From the NCBI GenBank assembly GCA_047459655.1, contig JAJREF010000001.1:544001-608000 (forward strand): a stretch of DNA of 64,000 bases, in the 5' to 3' direction. The first letter of the stretch is position 1; the number at the start of each line of letters is the position of its first letter. Shown piece by piece: positions 1 through 13,017 of the stretch. The notes beneath the pieces were generated by a model that was not told where the DNA came from, searched no databases, and saw nothing but the letters and a program-made list of their open reading frames with translations. Source of the stretch: Rhabdochlamydiaceae bacterium (GTDB lineage: Bacteria > Chlamydiota > Chlamydiia > Chlamydiales > Rhabdochlamydiaceae). The translations under genes and the position numbers were made by a program.

Positions 1-1399
1 CACTCAGCACATTGGCGCTTTTAGATGCCACACAGCCGTCGGTGATATCACTATTCTTGATACACCGGGCCATGAAGCCTTTTCTGCAATGAGAACAAGA
101 GGTGCTGACGTGACCGATCTCGTCGTCCTTGTTATTGCAGGAGATGAGGGAATTCGAGCGCAGACAATCGAAGCCCTTAAACAGGCGGAAGAAGCTAAAG
201 TACAAGTGCTCGTCGCTATCAATAAAATGGATAAGCCTGGGTTCAACGCCGATAACATTTACCGCCAACTCTCAGAACATAATTTACTTCCAGAAGTTTG
301 GGGTGGACAAACCATTACCGTTAATTGCTCAGCCATCACAGGCGCTGGCATTAAAGAACTACTTGAAACGCTTGCTCTCCAGGCTGAAGTTCTTGAACTC
401 AAAGCCAATCCCCGCATGCGTGCAAGAGGCAGTGTAATCGAATCTCAAATGCATAAAGGTTTTGGCGCTGTGACAACCGTACTCGTCCAAAACGGAACTC
501 TCAACCTTGGCGATGCGCTTGTCTTCGACCAAGAATGGGGACGCGTTAAAACAATGCATGACGAGTTTGGCAATAGCCTCGAACATGCCGCCCCTTCAAC
601 CCCTGTAAAAATCACAGGCCTTTCAGGGCTTCCTGAAGCAGGTTCTGAATTCATTGTGGTTAAAAATGAGAAAGAAGCGAGACTTCTTTCTGAAGGAAGA
701 CTCCATATTCGCAAACACGTTGCTCTCCAAGTGAAAAAAGCAGGTGTCGAAGGCCTACTCCAAGATCAAGCGCAAAAACAAGAGAAAAAAGTTCTTCACT
801 TGATATTGCGCGCTGACGTTCAAGGATCTTTGGAAGCGCTCAAACAATCGATTGAAAAAATACAGTCGGAAAAAATCAATGTCCTGATTATCTCTGCAGA
901 AGTGGGTGCTATCTCTGAATCTGATATTCAACTAGCTGGAGCCTCTAAAGCAACTATCATTGGATTCCATACGCAAGTTGAAACAAGAGCGGAAAGTTTA
1001 ATTAAATCTCTCAAGGTTAAAGTTCGTCTCCACGATATTATCTACCATGCTATCGATGACATCAAAGAAATCATGGTTTCTCTCTTGGATAAAATCGCGC
1101 AAGAAAATGACACAGGTGAAGCTCTTGTAAAAGCCATCTTTAAATCATCTCAACTTGGCAGTATTGCCGGTTGCCAAGTGACTGAAGGAACGATCCGTCG
1201 CAATAACCATATCCGCCTTGTGCGCGACAAAGAAGTCCTCTGGAAAGGCCCCCTTGCTTCTCTCAAACGTCTCAAAGACGATGCCAAAGAAGTGTCAAAA
1301 GGCATGGAATGCGGAATCCTCTTGCAAGGATTTACGGCTCTGAAAGAGGGAGACCTGATTCAAGCCTATGATCTTTTCTATCTCACCCAGGAATTATAA
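1..1399 (+). CDS. infB: Translation initiation factor IF-2 (5' end outside window)
   Basis: [21 protein letters not shown]4 motif, ADVQGS and GMECGI C-terminal motifs; followed by rbfA. Confidence 0.97.
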   Translation, partial: TQHIGAFRCHTAVGDITILDTPGHEAFSAMRTRGADVTDLVVLVIAGDEGIRAQTIEALKQAEEAKVQVLVAINKMDKPGFNADNIYRQLSEHNLLPEVWGGQTITVNCSAITGAGIKELLETLALQAEVLELKANPRMRARGSVIESQMHKGFGAVTTVLVQNGTLNLGDALVFDQEWGRVKTMHDEFGNSLEHAAPSTPVKITGLSGLPEAGSEFIVVKNEKEARLLSEGRLHIRKHVALQVKKAGVEGLLQDQAQKQEKKVLHLILRADVQGSLEALKQSIEKIQSEKINVLIISAEVGAISESDIQLAGASKATIIGFHTQVETRAESLIKSLKVKVRLHDIIYHAIDDIKEIMVSLLDKIAQENDTGEALVKAIFKSSQLGSIAGCQVTEGTIRRNNHIRLVRDKEVLWKGPLASLKRLKDDAKEVSKGMECGILLQGFTALKEGDLIQAYDLFYLTQEL

Positions 1400-1402
1400 A
1401 AA

Positions 1403-1782
1403 ATGAGCAGCAAACGGATCGATAAAGTCAACTCTCTGCTCAAAGAAGTGATCTCCGAAGTGATTGCAAGGGATGTACGCAACCCCAGAGTGAACACTCT
1501 TGTAACAGTCCTCGGCGTTAGTATCGCTAAAGACCTACATAATGCTACCGTCTATATCAGTGTGATTGGCTCAGAACAAGAAAAGCAGGAAACGCTTGCA
1601 GCTCTTCAGTCAGCAGCTGGCTTTATTTCTGTCCATGCCTCTAAAAAAGTCACTATGCGGTATTTTCCCTCTCTGATTTTCTCTCTTGACTCTTCCATTG
1701 AAGAGCATTTAAAAATCCACGAGATCTTGGAAAAAATCCATGATGAAAACAATCTCGCCAGACCCATACTACCGATGAATGA
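1403..1782 (+). CDS. rbfA: Ribosome-binding factor A; reads through into truB in this assembly, probably because one A is missing at ~1746-1749
   Basis: [14 protein letters not shown]...[10 protein letters not shown]...[12 protein letters not shown]; restoring one A gives a TGA at 1780-1782 overlapping the truB start. Confidence 0.9.
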
Positions 1783-2419
1783 AGGCATTCTTCTTGTTGA
1801 TAAGCCAAAAGGTAAAACATCTTTTAGTTTAGTGTCCGCCCTTCGTAGAAAAACCGGCATCCAAAAGATCGGCCATGCAGGAACACTAGATCCTTTTGCA
1901 ACAGGCCTGATGATCATGCTGATTGGAAAAACATTTACACGCCTTTCTGATCAATATCTAATACAAGAAAAAGAATACGAGTGCACCGTGCGTCTTGGCA
2001 TTACAACTGACACGTACGACTGCGAGGGGAAAGTAGTCCAAATCTCTTCTCATATTCCCTCCCTTTCCGACATCGAAACCTCTTTAACCCAGTTCAATGG
2101 AACCATCCTTCAAATCCCCCCTATGTTTTCTGCCAAAAAAATAAAGGGCAAAAAATTATATGAACTCGCAAGAAAAGGGATATCTGTTGAAAGAGCGCCC
2201 GTCTCTGTTACCCTGAAGACAACCCTAATCTCTTATACTTACCCCCACCTTAAACTACACATTGTCTGCTCAAAAGGGACCTACATCCGCAGCCTTGCTT
2301 ATGATTTAGGAACTCTTCTTACATGTGGAGCTCATCTTGATGAGTTGCGCAGACTTCGCTCTGGATCTTTTTCTATCGATCAAGCCATCAATGGAGCGCT
2401 CCTCTATGCAGATCATTGA
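1775..2419 (+). CDS. truB: tRNA pseudouridine(55) synthase
   Basis: [32 protein letters not shown] motifs. Confidence 0.95.
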   Translation: MNEGILLVDKPKGKTSFSLVSALRRKTGIQKIGHAGTLDPFATGLMIMLIGKTFTRLSDQYLIQEKEYECTVRLGITTDTYDCEGKVVQISSHIPSLSDIETSLTQFNGTILQIPPMFSAKKIKGKKLYELARKGISVERAPVSVTLKTTLISYTYPHLKLHIVCSKGTYIRSLAYDLGTLLTCGAHLDELRRLRSGSFSIDQAINGALLYADH

Positions 2420-2962
2420 ATCACTCGAAGATATCCCTTCCCTCACAGGCCCCATTTCTTTAGCTATTGGCAACTTCGATGGTGTTCACCCAGGCCATCT
2501 ATACTTGATCAGCGAACTCAAGAAAAGAGGGGTACCTGTCATCATCACCTTTCGCAATCACCCAGCGGAGATCCTCTATCGAGACAAAACCCCTACACCT
2601 CTCTGCTCTCTAGAAAAAAAACTCCATTTTTTAGAATCAGCAGGTGTTGAACTTATTATTCTTCTCTCTTTTACCCCTGAGATCGCTTCAACAACGTATG
2701 ATGTCTTCTTAAAAAGATAAAAAAACACCTCCCCTTTCAAACATTTATCGCAGGGAAAGGTGACACCTTCGGCTTTCAAAGACAAGGCACTGAAGAGCGC
2801 ATCAAATCTCTTCAATCTGAGCTTGACTTCGAAGCCATCTATCTAGAAAAATTTATATTTCAAGGAAAGCCCATTTCCTCAACCCGGATCAGAGAACTCC
2901 TTGCCAAAGGAGAAATAACCGAGGCACAAATGCTTTTACACTTAGAGGTTATAAAACAATAA
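2406..2962 (+). CDS. ribF: FAD synthetase, FMN adenylyltransferase domain only (frameshift ~2715; no riboflavin kinase domain)
   Basis: [11 protein letters not shown]; after the shift FGFQRQG and [13 protein letters not shown] at 2960-2962. Confidence 0.85.
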
Positions 2963-3012
2963 AATGAACGATTTTGCGCTGGTCAAATCGTTCATTTTAT
3001 TGTTTTACAACC
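2947..3012. repeat. Inverted repeat with 28-bp arms (1 mismatch) and 10-nt loop
   Basis: GGTTATAAAACAATAAAATGAACGATTT ... AAATCGTTCATTTTATTGTTTTACAACC. Confidence 0.9.
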
Positions 3013-3034
3013 CCTTACAAAAAGGTTTTAAATT

Positions 3035-4131
3035 ATGCCAGATCTTGCTTGCGGTATTGTAGGCCTGCCGAATGTTGGAAAATCGACCCTCTTCAATGCC
3101 CTTACTCGTAAAATGGCAGCAGCTGCTGCTAATTATCCTTTTTGCACCATTGATCCTAACGTCGGGATTGTCGATGTCGAAGACTCTAGACTCTCCATCC
3201 TCTCCAAAATCTCAGGAAGCAAGAAACTCATCCCTGCCACCGTTACATTTGTTGACATTGCAGGTCTTGTAAAAGGCGCTTCCCAAGGAGAAGGCCTCGG
3301 CAATCAATTTCTGACCAACATCCGAGAGACCGATGCGATCATCCATGTTGTCCGCTGTTTTGCAGAAGGAGATGTCATCCACGTTGCAGGAAAAGTCGAT
3401 CCGATTGCTGATATTGAAGTCATTAACCTAGAACTTATCCTCTCTGATCTCCAAATGATCGATAACATCATTAAAAAACTAGAGAAACAAATCAAAACAA
3501 AAAAAGAATTTGAAGGGATACTCCAAACACTCCAAAAAGCCAACATCCACCTCAATCAAAATAAACCCCTCCGCTCTTTCTCTTGCACTCCAGAAGAAAA
3601 AGCCCACCTTGCTCTCTACCCCTTCCTAACAAATAAAAAAGTCCTGTATGCTGCAAATGTCGATGAGGCTTCCCTTCCTTCCATGGAAAATCCCTTTGTT
3701 CAGCAAGTGAGGGAGCACGCTGAAAAAGAAGGCAACTCCGTAATCCCTATCTGCGCGAAATTGGAAGAAGAGCTAGGACAACTCACTGTAGAAGAGGCAG
3801 CCGAATTTCTCCAAACCCTCGGCCTCCAAGAAACAGGACTCAACCGCCTCATTAGATCGGCCTTTACAACCCTTGACATGATCACCTACATCACAACCGG
3901 TGAAATTGAGACAAGAGCCTGGCCGATCAAAAAGGAACTCCCGCGCAGGAAGCTGCCGGCAAAATCCATACCGATATCCAAAAAGGATTCATCAGAGCTG
4001 AAGTCGTCTCCTTCAATGATATGGTAAAATATAAAGGTAGAGTCGGCGCAAGAGACGCTGGCAAAGCAAAATCAGAAGGAAAAGAGTACATCGTCCAAGA
4101 TGGCGATGTCGTTCTTTTCTTTCACAATTAG
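3035..4131 (+). CDS. ychF: Ribosome-binding ATPase YchF (frameshift ~3930)
   Basis: [33 protein letters not shown]; shifted frame gives [18 protein letters not shown]...[12 protein letters not shown]. Confidence 0.95.
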
Positions 4132-4136
4132 AAACT

Positions 4137-5233
4137 ATGGACCAAATCTTTGTTACATGCCCCGGTAGTGTAGAACTTCTGCTCTTAGATGAGCTGAAAG
4201 AGATGGGAATTGAGGGCAAGAAGAGCCTGAGGGGTGTTTTTGTCCCCAAAACCCCTGAAAATGTCTACACGATTAACTACAATTCAAGACTGGCTACAAG
4301 AGTATTGTGGCCGCTTGTGAACTTCCGCTGCCGCCATAAAGATGATCTCTATAACTTCGCAAAAAAAATCAACTGGAGTCTCTATATTCAGGCAGGGAAA
4401 ACATTTGCCATTGACTCGAACGTCTCCCACCCGAACCTCCGCAATAGCTTATTTGCCGCTTTTATTGTCAAAGATGCCATCTGCGATCAGTTCCGCGAAA
4501 AAACAGGCGTAAGGCCCTCTATTGATGTTGCCCATCCCGATGTCCAACTCAATCTCTTCATCAACAATGAACAAGCCATTCTCAGCCTCGATACTTCAGG
4601 TGATCCCCTTTTTAAAAGAGGCTATAGACAGTCGACAGGACCTGCTCCCATCCAAGAATCAGTTGCCGCTGCCATTCTTAGAAAAATCGGCTACACCTCT
4701 TCTGACATCCTCATCGATCCCTTTTGTGGGTCGGGGACTTTTCTCATTGAAGCAGCCTTGATTGCCACTCAAACACCCCCTGGCTTTTTTAGAAAAAAAT
4801 GGGGATTCATCAATCTTCCCGATTTTTCTGAAGAGATATGGCAAGCCACTAAAGCTGCCCTTGATAGCAAAAGAATTTCTTTAACTCCTGACACAATCTT
4901 TGGCTATGATAAAGACCGTGTAACCCTTCAATCATGCCTTCAAAATGTCCGCTTTACCAAATTCCCCATCACCTGTGACATCTCTGATATCCAGCGCCTC
5001 TCTCCCAAAAAGCTTCCCACACTCCTTATTGGGAATCCCCCTATGGGAAAAGACTCGAGACCTCCAAAGATCCCTACATCGGCTTTGGCCAACTCTTAAA
5101 AGCTTGCCCCCACACAAGAGCTGCTCTCCTTAGCCCCGATGAATACCTCATCAAAGCAACTGGCCTCCCCTTCAAAAAAGCTGCCTCCTTCTATAACGGT
5201 GGCCTCGACATCGGCCTATTTATCTTAGGCTAA
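4137..5233 (+). CDS. THUMP-domain rRNA methyltransferase, RlmL-like (frameshift ~5040)
   Basis: SLDTSGDPLFKRGYR, DPFCGSGTFLIEAA, NPP(Y)GKRL and FYNGGL after the shift. Confidence 0.85.
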
Positions 5234-5377
5234 ACCATAGAGCTGAAACGCAGCATTATGGCATGTCTAATATTTCTTATTTAGGATAACGCTCCATTTT
5301 AGTACTCTTATGGGAAACCTTTTGATGCGCTCAAATGTATCTTTATTTTGTGCACATGGTATAAATAGTATTAACTC

Positions 5378-6442
5378 ATGGCTGAAAAAACAGAAAAGGC
5401 GACCCCGAAGAAGCTACGTGATGCAAGAAAAAAGGGGCAAGTCGCTAAATCACAAGACTTCCCCTCAGCTTTCACATTCGTTGTCTCGATTGCGATGACC
5501 TTGATGAGCGCTAGGTATCTATTTCAGCAGATGGGCAGTTACCTCATTTATTGCTTTCGTAACATCTCAGGCAATATTGATCTTCAAAATAGAGCCGGGG
5601 GTTATTTAGGCGAATGCATGATGGTGATTTTAAATGCAAGCTTGCCCATTGCTATCATCACAGCTCTCATGGGAGTTTTGGTTAATTTCTTAATTATAGG
5701 ACCTGTTTTTTCATCTGAAGTGCTTAAAATCGACGTGAAAAGGCTGAACCCTGTGACTAATCTGAAAAACATGTTTAAAATAAAAACATTAGTCGAATTA
5801 ATCAAGTCGGTTTTGAAAATCACTGGAGCGTGTATTTTAATCTACAGCGTTGTATACAACAGCGTTCCTCAGATTATAGCTACTGCTGCAATGCCCATCT
5901 TAGGAACAACGGAAGTTTTTTCCAGCTTTCTTTTTAAAGTTATTATACGTGTAGGAATTTTTTTTGTCTTTGTTGCTATCTTGGACCTAACCTTTCAAAA
6001 ACAAAACTTTATGAAAGAAATGAAAATGGAAAAATTTGAGGTCAAGCAAGAGCATAAAGATACAGAAGGGGATCCTCATATCAAAGGTAAGCGTCGCCAA
6101 GCAGCTCAAGAAATTGCCTATCAAGAAGGCCCAGGGGCCACCAAAAGAGCAAGAACTGTCATTACAAATCCTGTGCACTTAGCAGTTGCTATCGACTATG
6201 CAGAAGAAAAAGAGCCAGCCCCTCGGATCTTAACAATGGGCAAAGGCCTCGTAGCCGATCAAATCATCCGTATTGCCCAACAAGAGCATGTCCCCATTAT
6301 GAGAAATGTCGAACTCGCACAAAAGCTTTTCAGTAATGGGAAAATAGGTGATTATATACCTGAGGATACCTTTGAAGCTGTGGCCGAGATTTTGCATTGG
6401 CTTAAAAAATTGGAAGAAGAAAATTTGGAGTTATTTAAGTGA
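5378..6442 (+). CDS. sctU: T3SS export apparatus switch protein SctU/CdsU
   Basis: EKTEKATPKKLRDARKKGQV, four TM segments, EGDPHIK, NPVH autocleavage-type motif. Confidence 0.95.
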   Translation: MAEKTEKATPKKLRDARKKGQVAKSQDFPSAFTFVVSIAMTLMSARYLFQQMGSYLIYCFRNISGNIDLQNRAGGYLGECMMVILNASLPIAIITALMGVLVNFLIIGPVFSSEVLKIDVKRLNPVTNLKNMFKIKTLVELIKSVLKITGACILIYSVVYNSVPQIIATAAMPILGTTEVFSSFLFKVIIRVGIFFVFVAILDLTFQKQNFMKEMKMEKFEVKQEHKDTEGDPHIKGKRRQAAQEIAYQEGPGATKRARTVITNPVHLAVAIDYAEEKEPAPRILTMGKGLVADQIIRIAQQEHVPIMRNVELAQKLFSNGKIGDYIPEDTFEAVAEILHWLKKLEEENLELFK

Positions 6443-8571
6443 AGAAGTTTTTTAGTGACTTGTTAAGAAATCTCGGAGGGGAAAAAGCTCTGCGAACTGT
6501 GAGCCGCTCTGCAGATGTTATGCTAGCTTTCTTTGTCGTCTTGATCGTGATGATGATCATCATCCCTATCTCCCCCACTTTTCTTGATAACCTCATAGCC
6601 ATTAATTTAACTGTTTCGATATCACTACTCATGGTAGCTCTCTACATTCAAAAAGCTGTGAACCTCTCTATATTCCCCTCACTCTTGCTCCTGACTACGA
6701 TGTTCAGGCTGGGGATTGAGATTTCAGCAACGCGTCAAATTCTTCTCCATGCCTATGCAGGCCACATCATTCAAACCTTTGGACAGTTTGTGGTAGGAGG
6801 AAGCTTCATCGTCGGTATCGTCGTCTTTCTTATCATTACAATTGTACAATTCATTGTCGTAACAAAGGGTGCCGAGAGGGTTGCTGAGGTAGCCGCTAGA
6901 TTCACGCTAGATGCGATGCCAGGTAAGCAGATGAGTATCGATGCCGACATGCGCAGCGGGGTTATCGATGCCAACCAAGCAAGAGAACTCAGGCTAGCCC
7001 TTACCAAAGAGAGTCAGTTGTACGGAGCGATGGATGGTGCGATGAAGTTCGTAAAAGGGGACGTCATTGCTAGTATCGTGATTGCCGTTATTAACATCAT
7101 TGGAGGCCTTATCATTGGTATTTCCATACATGGTATGAGCGCAATGCAAGCAGCCAAAGTTTATACCCTCTCTCTATCGGGAGGCGGCCTTATCTCTCAA
7201 ATTCCTTCCCTATTGATCTCTTTAACAGCTGGTATCGTGACTACGCGTGTTTCTAGTGAGAAAAAAGATGCAAGCTTGGGGAAGGAAGTCTCTTCCCAGC
7301 TACTAGGGCAACCGAAAGCAATCATGATTGCAGCAGCTGTACTTTTATTGATGGCGCTTATCCCTGGCTTTCCTAAAATCATCTTTATTTGCTTAGCCAT
7401 ACTTTTAGCAAGTATCTCCTTTGTGACACAGTATAAAGCAAAACAAGCGTTGCAAAAATCTATGGGGGGAACGATTGCCGCATCCACCGATACTGATGTC
7501 CCAGGACACTCTATGGTTCGTGGACCAAGCGATGAGTATGCTCTTACTCTGCCCATTATTTTAGAGGTGGGAAAAAGCCTTTCAACTTTGATTAAAAAAG
7601 ATAAACAGGGACACTCTTTTGTTGAAGAGATGATCCCAAAAATGAGAAGTGCCCTCTACCAGGATTTGGGAGTGCGTTTCCCTGGCATTCATGTGCGCAC
7701 CGATTCCCCTACCTTAGAAAGTGATGAGTATGCAATCTCCCTCAATGAAGTTCCCATTGTAAGAGGAAAAATTTTAGAAGGAGCTCTTCTTGTCAAAGAA
7801 GCTCCCGAGATTCTCAAAAAATACAATCTCCCTTTTACACAGGCTAAAACAACCTTTGGCCAGCCCTCTTTGTGGGTTGAGCTCAAATATCAAGAAATTC
7901 TTCAAAAAGCGGGCATTAAATTCTGGAAACCCCTTGATGTAATGATCCTGCATCTTTCCCACTTTTACCGTACACATGCCGCTGACTTTATCGGCATTCA
8001 AGAAGTCAGAGGAATTTTAGAGTTTGTCGAAAAATCTTTCCCCGATCTTGTCAAAGAAGTCACGAGGCTTGTTCCTTTACAAAAACTCACAGAGATATTT
8101 AAACGCCTCGTGCAAGAACAAATTTCAATTAAAGATCTCCGCACGATTTTAGAAGCTCTCTCTGAATGGGCGCAGACAGAAAAAGACACCGTCTTATTGA
8201 CCGAATATGTAAGATCATCTCTTAAGCGCTATATCAGCTACAAATACTCCCAGGGGCAGTCTGTACTTGCCGCGTATATCCTTGACCCTGAAATTGAAGA
8301 CATGGTAAGAGGAGCGATTAAACAAACATCTGCAGGCTCTTACCTAGCGCTAGACACAGATGCAACGCAGTTGATATTGCATGCCATGCGATCAACCATC
8401 GTTCCAACTCCCCTAGGAGGACAGCCCCCTGTTCTTTTTACCGCTATCGATGTTCGCAGGTTTGTCCGTAAGTTAATTGAGGGAGAATTCCCAGATATGG
8501 CTGTCTTATCTTATCAAGAACTCGTGCCAGAAATCCGAATCCAGCCTTTAGGTAGAATTCAACTCTCCTCA
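6439..8571 (+). CDS. sctV: T3SS export gate SctV/CdsV (FHIPEP family); no stop codon before copN in this sequence
   Basis: GAERVAEVAARFTLDAMPGKQMSIDAD, GAMDGAMKFVKGD; typical end IQPLGRIQL at ~8565. Confidence 0.95.
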
Positions 8572-8583
8572 GGAATAGAAATC

Positions 8584-9803
8584 ATGCCTGAACACTTTAG
8601 CAGTCAACCAACGCAGCCCGTTCACGCAGGTGATGCTGCGCGCGCCCAACAGGCCGCTGAAAAACTTCGCCTTGCCCAATATGCCGTTGCACTCGACAGC
8701 GCTATCGATGAGTTCAAAGACTGGAGCGATACTTCCGCCTCTTTCAATCCCATGAATATGTCTCGTAACTTTGCCACTCTAGAACAACGTCGAGGAAGGG
8801 ACCGCGGAAGAACTGATGAGAGCAACAAAACTCACGAAGCAGATAAAGAAGAAGAAGCTTTAGATGAAGTTGTTCCCATCGAAAAAGTCGAAGAAACCTC
8901 AGAACAATTTCACAGAAAAAACCAAGAACTGCAACAGCGGACACTCCTTCTTTTACGCTCCCGACTCTCTACCAAAGATTCTGCGGAAGATGTCTTAAAA
9001 AAGTCAGCGAATTTTATAAAGATACTTTTTTGGCCGATGAAGCCCTTGACTTCTTAATTGAAACCTCCCGCGGTCGTATTCAAGATATTGTACGCGAGGC
9101 TAAAGCAAACCTCAATCGAGACTTCGAAAGAGAAATCAAAGCTGGTAAAAACATCTTCTCACAATCCCAGGCATTTGCCGCAAAAGGCATCGGGATACCC
9201 ACCTCTTTACGAGACCTCTACCGAGATATTACGGGTAATCCCCGAGAAGCTGCTGTCCTTTTTGAAGAGCTGACTAATAATTACCCTTTTGACAAATTAA
9301 AAACAGTGATCAATTTCATCCTCCACTCTCTTGGCGCAGACATGAAAGCAAAAGGCTCCTCCATTTCCCGTCCTGAGCTGTCCCGCCTTTTCACAGAAAC
9401 TAAAAATATGCAAGCAATACTCGGCATTTTTAGATTCTTTCTATCTCGCATGCGCATGATAACCAGCTCCTTTGCGCGGGAAGGAATTACTTGCCCTGAA
9501 AAAATCAACTTCGAAGCTTTAGCTAAAGCCTTCATGCGCTTTTTGCAAGAAAGATACCCTTCTGTCGATAAAGCCCTCCAGCTTGCTTTCCAATTTGATT
9601 TGGATAAAAAAATTGCCGCCCAAATTATTTTGTATATTCAATTCCGCGACGCCATGCGACAAGTCTCTTCAAAGCTTTTCAGAGATGAAAGGCAAAAACA
9701 AGAATTTCTCCTCTGTTTTATGGACACCTTAGAAGAGCTTGAAGAGCAGCTCGAAGAAGAACTTGAAGAAGAACACAAAAGAAAAAAACAAGAAGGAGGA
9801 TAA
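8584..9803 (+). CDS. copN: T3SS gatekeeper SctW/CopN (frameshift ~9000)
   Basis: Lies between sctV and scc1; LADEALDFL...LRDLYRDITG, LGADMKAKGSSI resemble the HrpJ/CopN domain; AGGA upstream of ATG 8584. Confidence 0.8.
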
Positions 9804-10257
9804 TGGATAGGTTCTTACTCTTGTTAGATGACCTAGGCACGCTGATTGGCCTTCCTTTGCATGTAAACCAAAAAGGCCTCTGCCAAATCAACATCAACAA
9901 TCAACTCCATATCCAGCTTGCAAATGAATCTGAAAAAGAAAGAATCCTCGTTGCCACCTTTGTCTCCGATATCCCTCCGGGGAAATTTAAAGAAAATATT
10001 TTTTAGAAACTTTAAAAGCAAATCACCCTTATCCCCGCATCGGAACATTTTCCTATTCTGAAAAAAACAACCAACTTGCTTTTTTCTCTCACGTCTACTA
10101 CCTGAATTTAAATGGAGACACCCTTGCTGATTTTTTAGAAAAATTTATCGAAAAAGCACTCTCTTGGAAAATAGGGATTGAAACAGGCCACCTTCCCCAG
10201 CACGGTGAAAGCATCCACAAAGTAGGCCCTTCCATCTTCGATATAAAAACTAAATGA
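9803..10257 (+). CDS. scc1: Class I T3S chaperone Scc1, SycE/CesT-like (frameshift ~10000)
   Basis: ~150 aa, LPLHVNQKGLCQINI...IPPGKFKE...LKAN; conserved position after copN. Confidence 0.8.
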
Positions 10258-11796
10258 ACTTCAATAACTACCCCACTTATAAAGCCTGGGAAAAAATTGG
10301 AAAACGCCCCAGAAATGGCATCAACCTCCCCCTCTTTCCTTACATAGCAAAAATAGCTGTGGCATTGGAGAATTCCTTGATCTCATTCCCCTCATCGATT
10401 GGTGTGCGCAAGTAGGATTCGATGTTATCCAGCTCCTCCCCTTAAATGACTCTGGAAGCGATCCCTCCCCTTACAATGCAATCTCTTCCTGCGCCCTTAA
10501 CCCGATTTATCTTTCTCTTTACAAACTTCCCCATGCTAAACTCCCTCCAATCACCCCGAATAACTCCCCTCGCTTTGTATACAATGACATCCAAAGCTTT
10601 AAGCTCAACTTTCTCCGCAATTACTGTGAAGCATATGGAGAAGATTTCATCAAGACAACATCCTTCCAGACATTTATTAAACATAACTCCTGGCTATCCT
10701 ACTACTCCCTTTTCAAAGTGTTGAAAGATAGAGTAGGACAAAATAGTTGGACCACCTGGCCCCCTGAGTTAAAAGAGCCCGACTATCCCCTACTCTTTGA
10801 AAAACATGCCCATGAGATGCTCATCTACATCCTCATTCAATACTTTGCATTTCAACAACTCTCAGATGTTAGAAAATATGCGTCTGCCCGCGGCGTCCTC
10901 CTCAAAGGAGATATCCCCATTTTGATCAGCCCCGATAGCTCCGATACCTGGATGAAACCCGAGCTTTTCGACTTTTCTTTGGCCGCAGGTGCGCCTCCCG
11001 ATGATTACAACGCTGAAGGACAGTACTGGGGATTTCCTATTTTCAATTGGGATATCGTCAAAAAAGAAAACTTTAACTGGTGGAAAACCCGCCTTGAAGT
11101 CGCTGCTAACTACTACGATCTTTATCGCATCGACCATGTCGTCGGATTCTTTCGCATTTGGGCAATAGCCCTCAATGCCCCTGCCAAAGAAGGGAAGTTC
11201 ATCCCAGAAAATCCAGCTCTGTGGGTTCCTCAAGGAGAGGAAATCCTGCATATGATGATCGATGCTTGCCCCATGCTCCCCATCGCAGAAGACTTAGGAA
11301 TCATTCCTCCTTCCGTCCGTGCATGCCTGCTCAAACTCGGCATCTGTGGAACAAAAGTGATGCGCTGGGAAAGAAAATACGAGGGTGATAAAGCCTTTAT
11401 ACCCTTTACCGACTACCCAGTTATCTCCCTTACAACCGTCTCTACCCATGATTCTGAAACACTCCAACTCTGGTGGCACAACTCCCCTGCAGAAGCAAAA
11501 GACTTTGCTGCCTTTAAAGGATGGACATATTCCCCGATCTTTCCTTTGATCAAAGAGTAACAATACTCCATGATGCCCACCACACCGCAAGCATTTTCCA
11601 CATTAATCTACTCCAAGAGTACTTAGCCCTCTTTCCCGAACTCAGCTGGCCCAATCCCCTGGATGAACGGATCAACATCCCCGGCACCGTCCTTCCCACT
11701 AACTGGAGCTACCGCTTCCGCCCCAGTATAGAAGAGATACTCGCGCACAAACCACTCAAAGAAGCCATCCAAAAGATTTTAAATTCTCCTAGCTAA
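10254..11796 (+). CDS. malQ: 4-alpha-glucanotransferase (amylomaltase), several frameshifts
   Basis: QLLPLND..SPY, GAPPDDY..EGQYWGFP, RIDHVVGFFR, AEDLG, THD, RINIPGT...NWSYR. Confidence 0.93.
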
Positions 11797-11899
11797 AATA
11801 CCAGGATCAACAATGGGGCTCGGATTCCATGGCAGGTAAATCTCTCCTTTCTCTCCACTGGGTATTTAAAACTCAAAGTCAATCTCACTTCACTTAGAT

Positions 11900-13017
11900 C
11901 TAGGGAATTTTCAAATTCTGCCCCATTAAACATAACAAATACAACTCTTGATTCCCCCCTATTAAGGGATCTAATTCAAATTTTGCTCCCTTATCTTGTA
12001 GAACAACACCTGCACCCCTAACTTCCCATTTACCTAATGGAAACCGTGGAACTGTCAATTCGATTTGAGAAAATGAATCAATCCTCTTACGATAAACCTC
12101 TGTTATCACGTTCCCAACATTTTTTTCATCAGGAACATCGATATATTGTCCTCTAAATCCTACCACATCACTCGCCGCGATTTGTTGCAGAGTTGCCTTG
12201 TTATTTTCTCCATTTATTTTAATTCCAATTACAACTAATTCAGTAGATTGATTAGCAAAGACATCTTTAATTCTATCAAGATTACCTTTAAAAACTGTTC
12301 CAACCCCATCTGTTAATAAAATGGCAGTGGAACGACCCTCTTTCTGTCGACCTTTCATAACAGTAGCTGTTTTATTTAAACCCGCAAGAATATCAGTCGC
12401 TCCATCACATCTTATACCTTCTATTTTTTGTACTACAGCTCTCACTGTATCTGAAGTTAGTCTAGTGCGTTGCAGGAGAACTGTTCCTTTGGTATTAAAT
12501 ACAGTGATAGACAGAAAAAATTTACCAGACTTCTTAGTCTCATTGAGAGCAGATCCCACGATCTGTTTCAATGCTATTTTTACACGCTCTATACGTGATA
12601 CACCATCTATCCGATCATTCATACTATCACTAATATCAACACAAAAATGAAACGTTCCTTGAAAACCCTGTTCTTTTTGTTCGGGAGCATCAATAACAAG
12701 GCGTGCTGTATTGAGCGAACTCTTCATCCTGGCAGAAAGGCCCTGAGGGGATTTCGTCTAATATAATGCACAATTGCCCAAACAACAATAACCGCCGCAC
12801 TTGTGAAACCCCATTTATGATTCGAAACAAAGACCCTTCCTGCTTTGCATACTCCATAAGCATGACGTTGAATAAAAGCACCTGCGTGGGGTAATTGTGC
12901 ACATGCCCAGCTCCAATTCCTTCCAACCCAAGCCCCTCCTTGCGTACATCCTGCACTCACATAATCACCGGCTGTTTGCCAAGCCCAACCAACGTACCTG
13001 TCTACCAAATTGCTCAT
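11900..13017 (-). CDS. Membrane-anchored von Willebrand factor A domain protein (two ORFs joined by a probable frameshift ~12725; may extend to ~11780)
   Basis: MIDAS motif DISDSM, GATDILAGL, ILLTDG; hydrophobic segment FTSAAVIVVWAIVHY in the upstream ORF. Confidence 0.75.

Noticed and set aside
1403..2419. RbfA-TruB fusion protein
   Set aside because: Adding one A to the run at ~1746-1749 ends rbfA at TGA 1780-1782 overlapping the truB ATG, which is the usual arrangement; consistent with the window-wide indel errors
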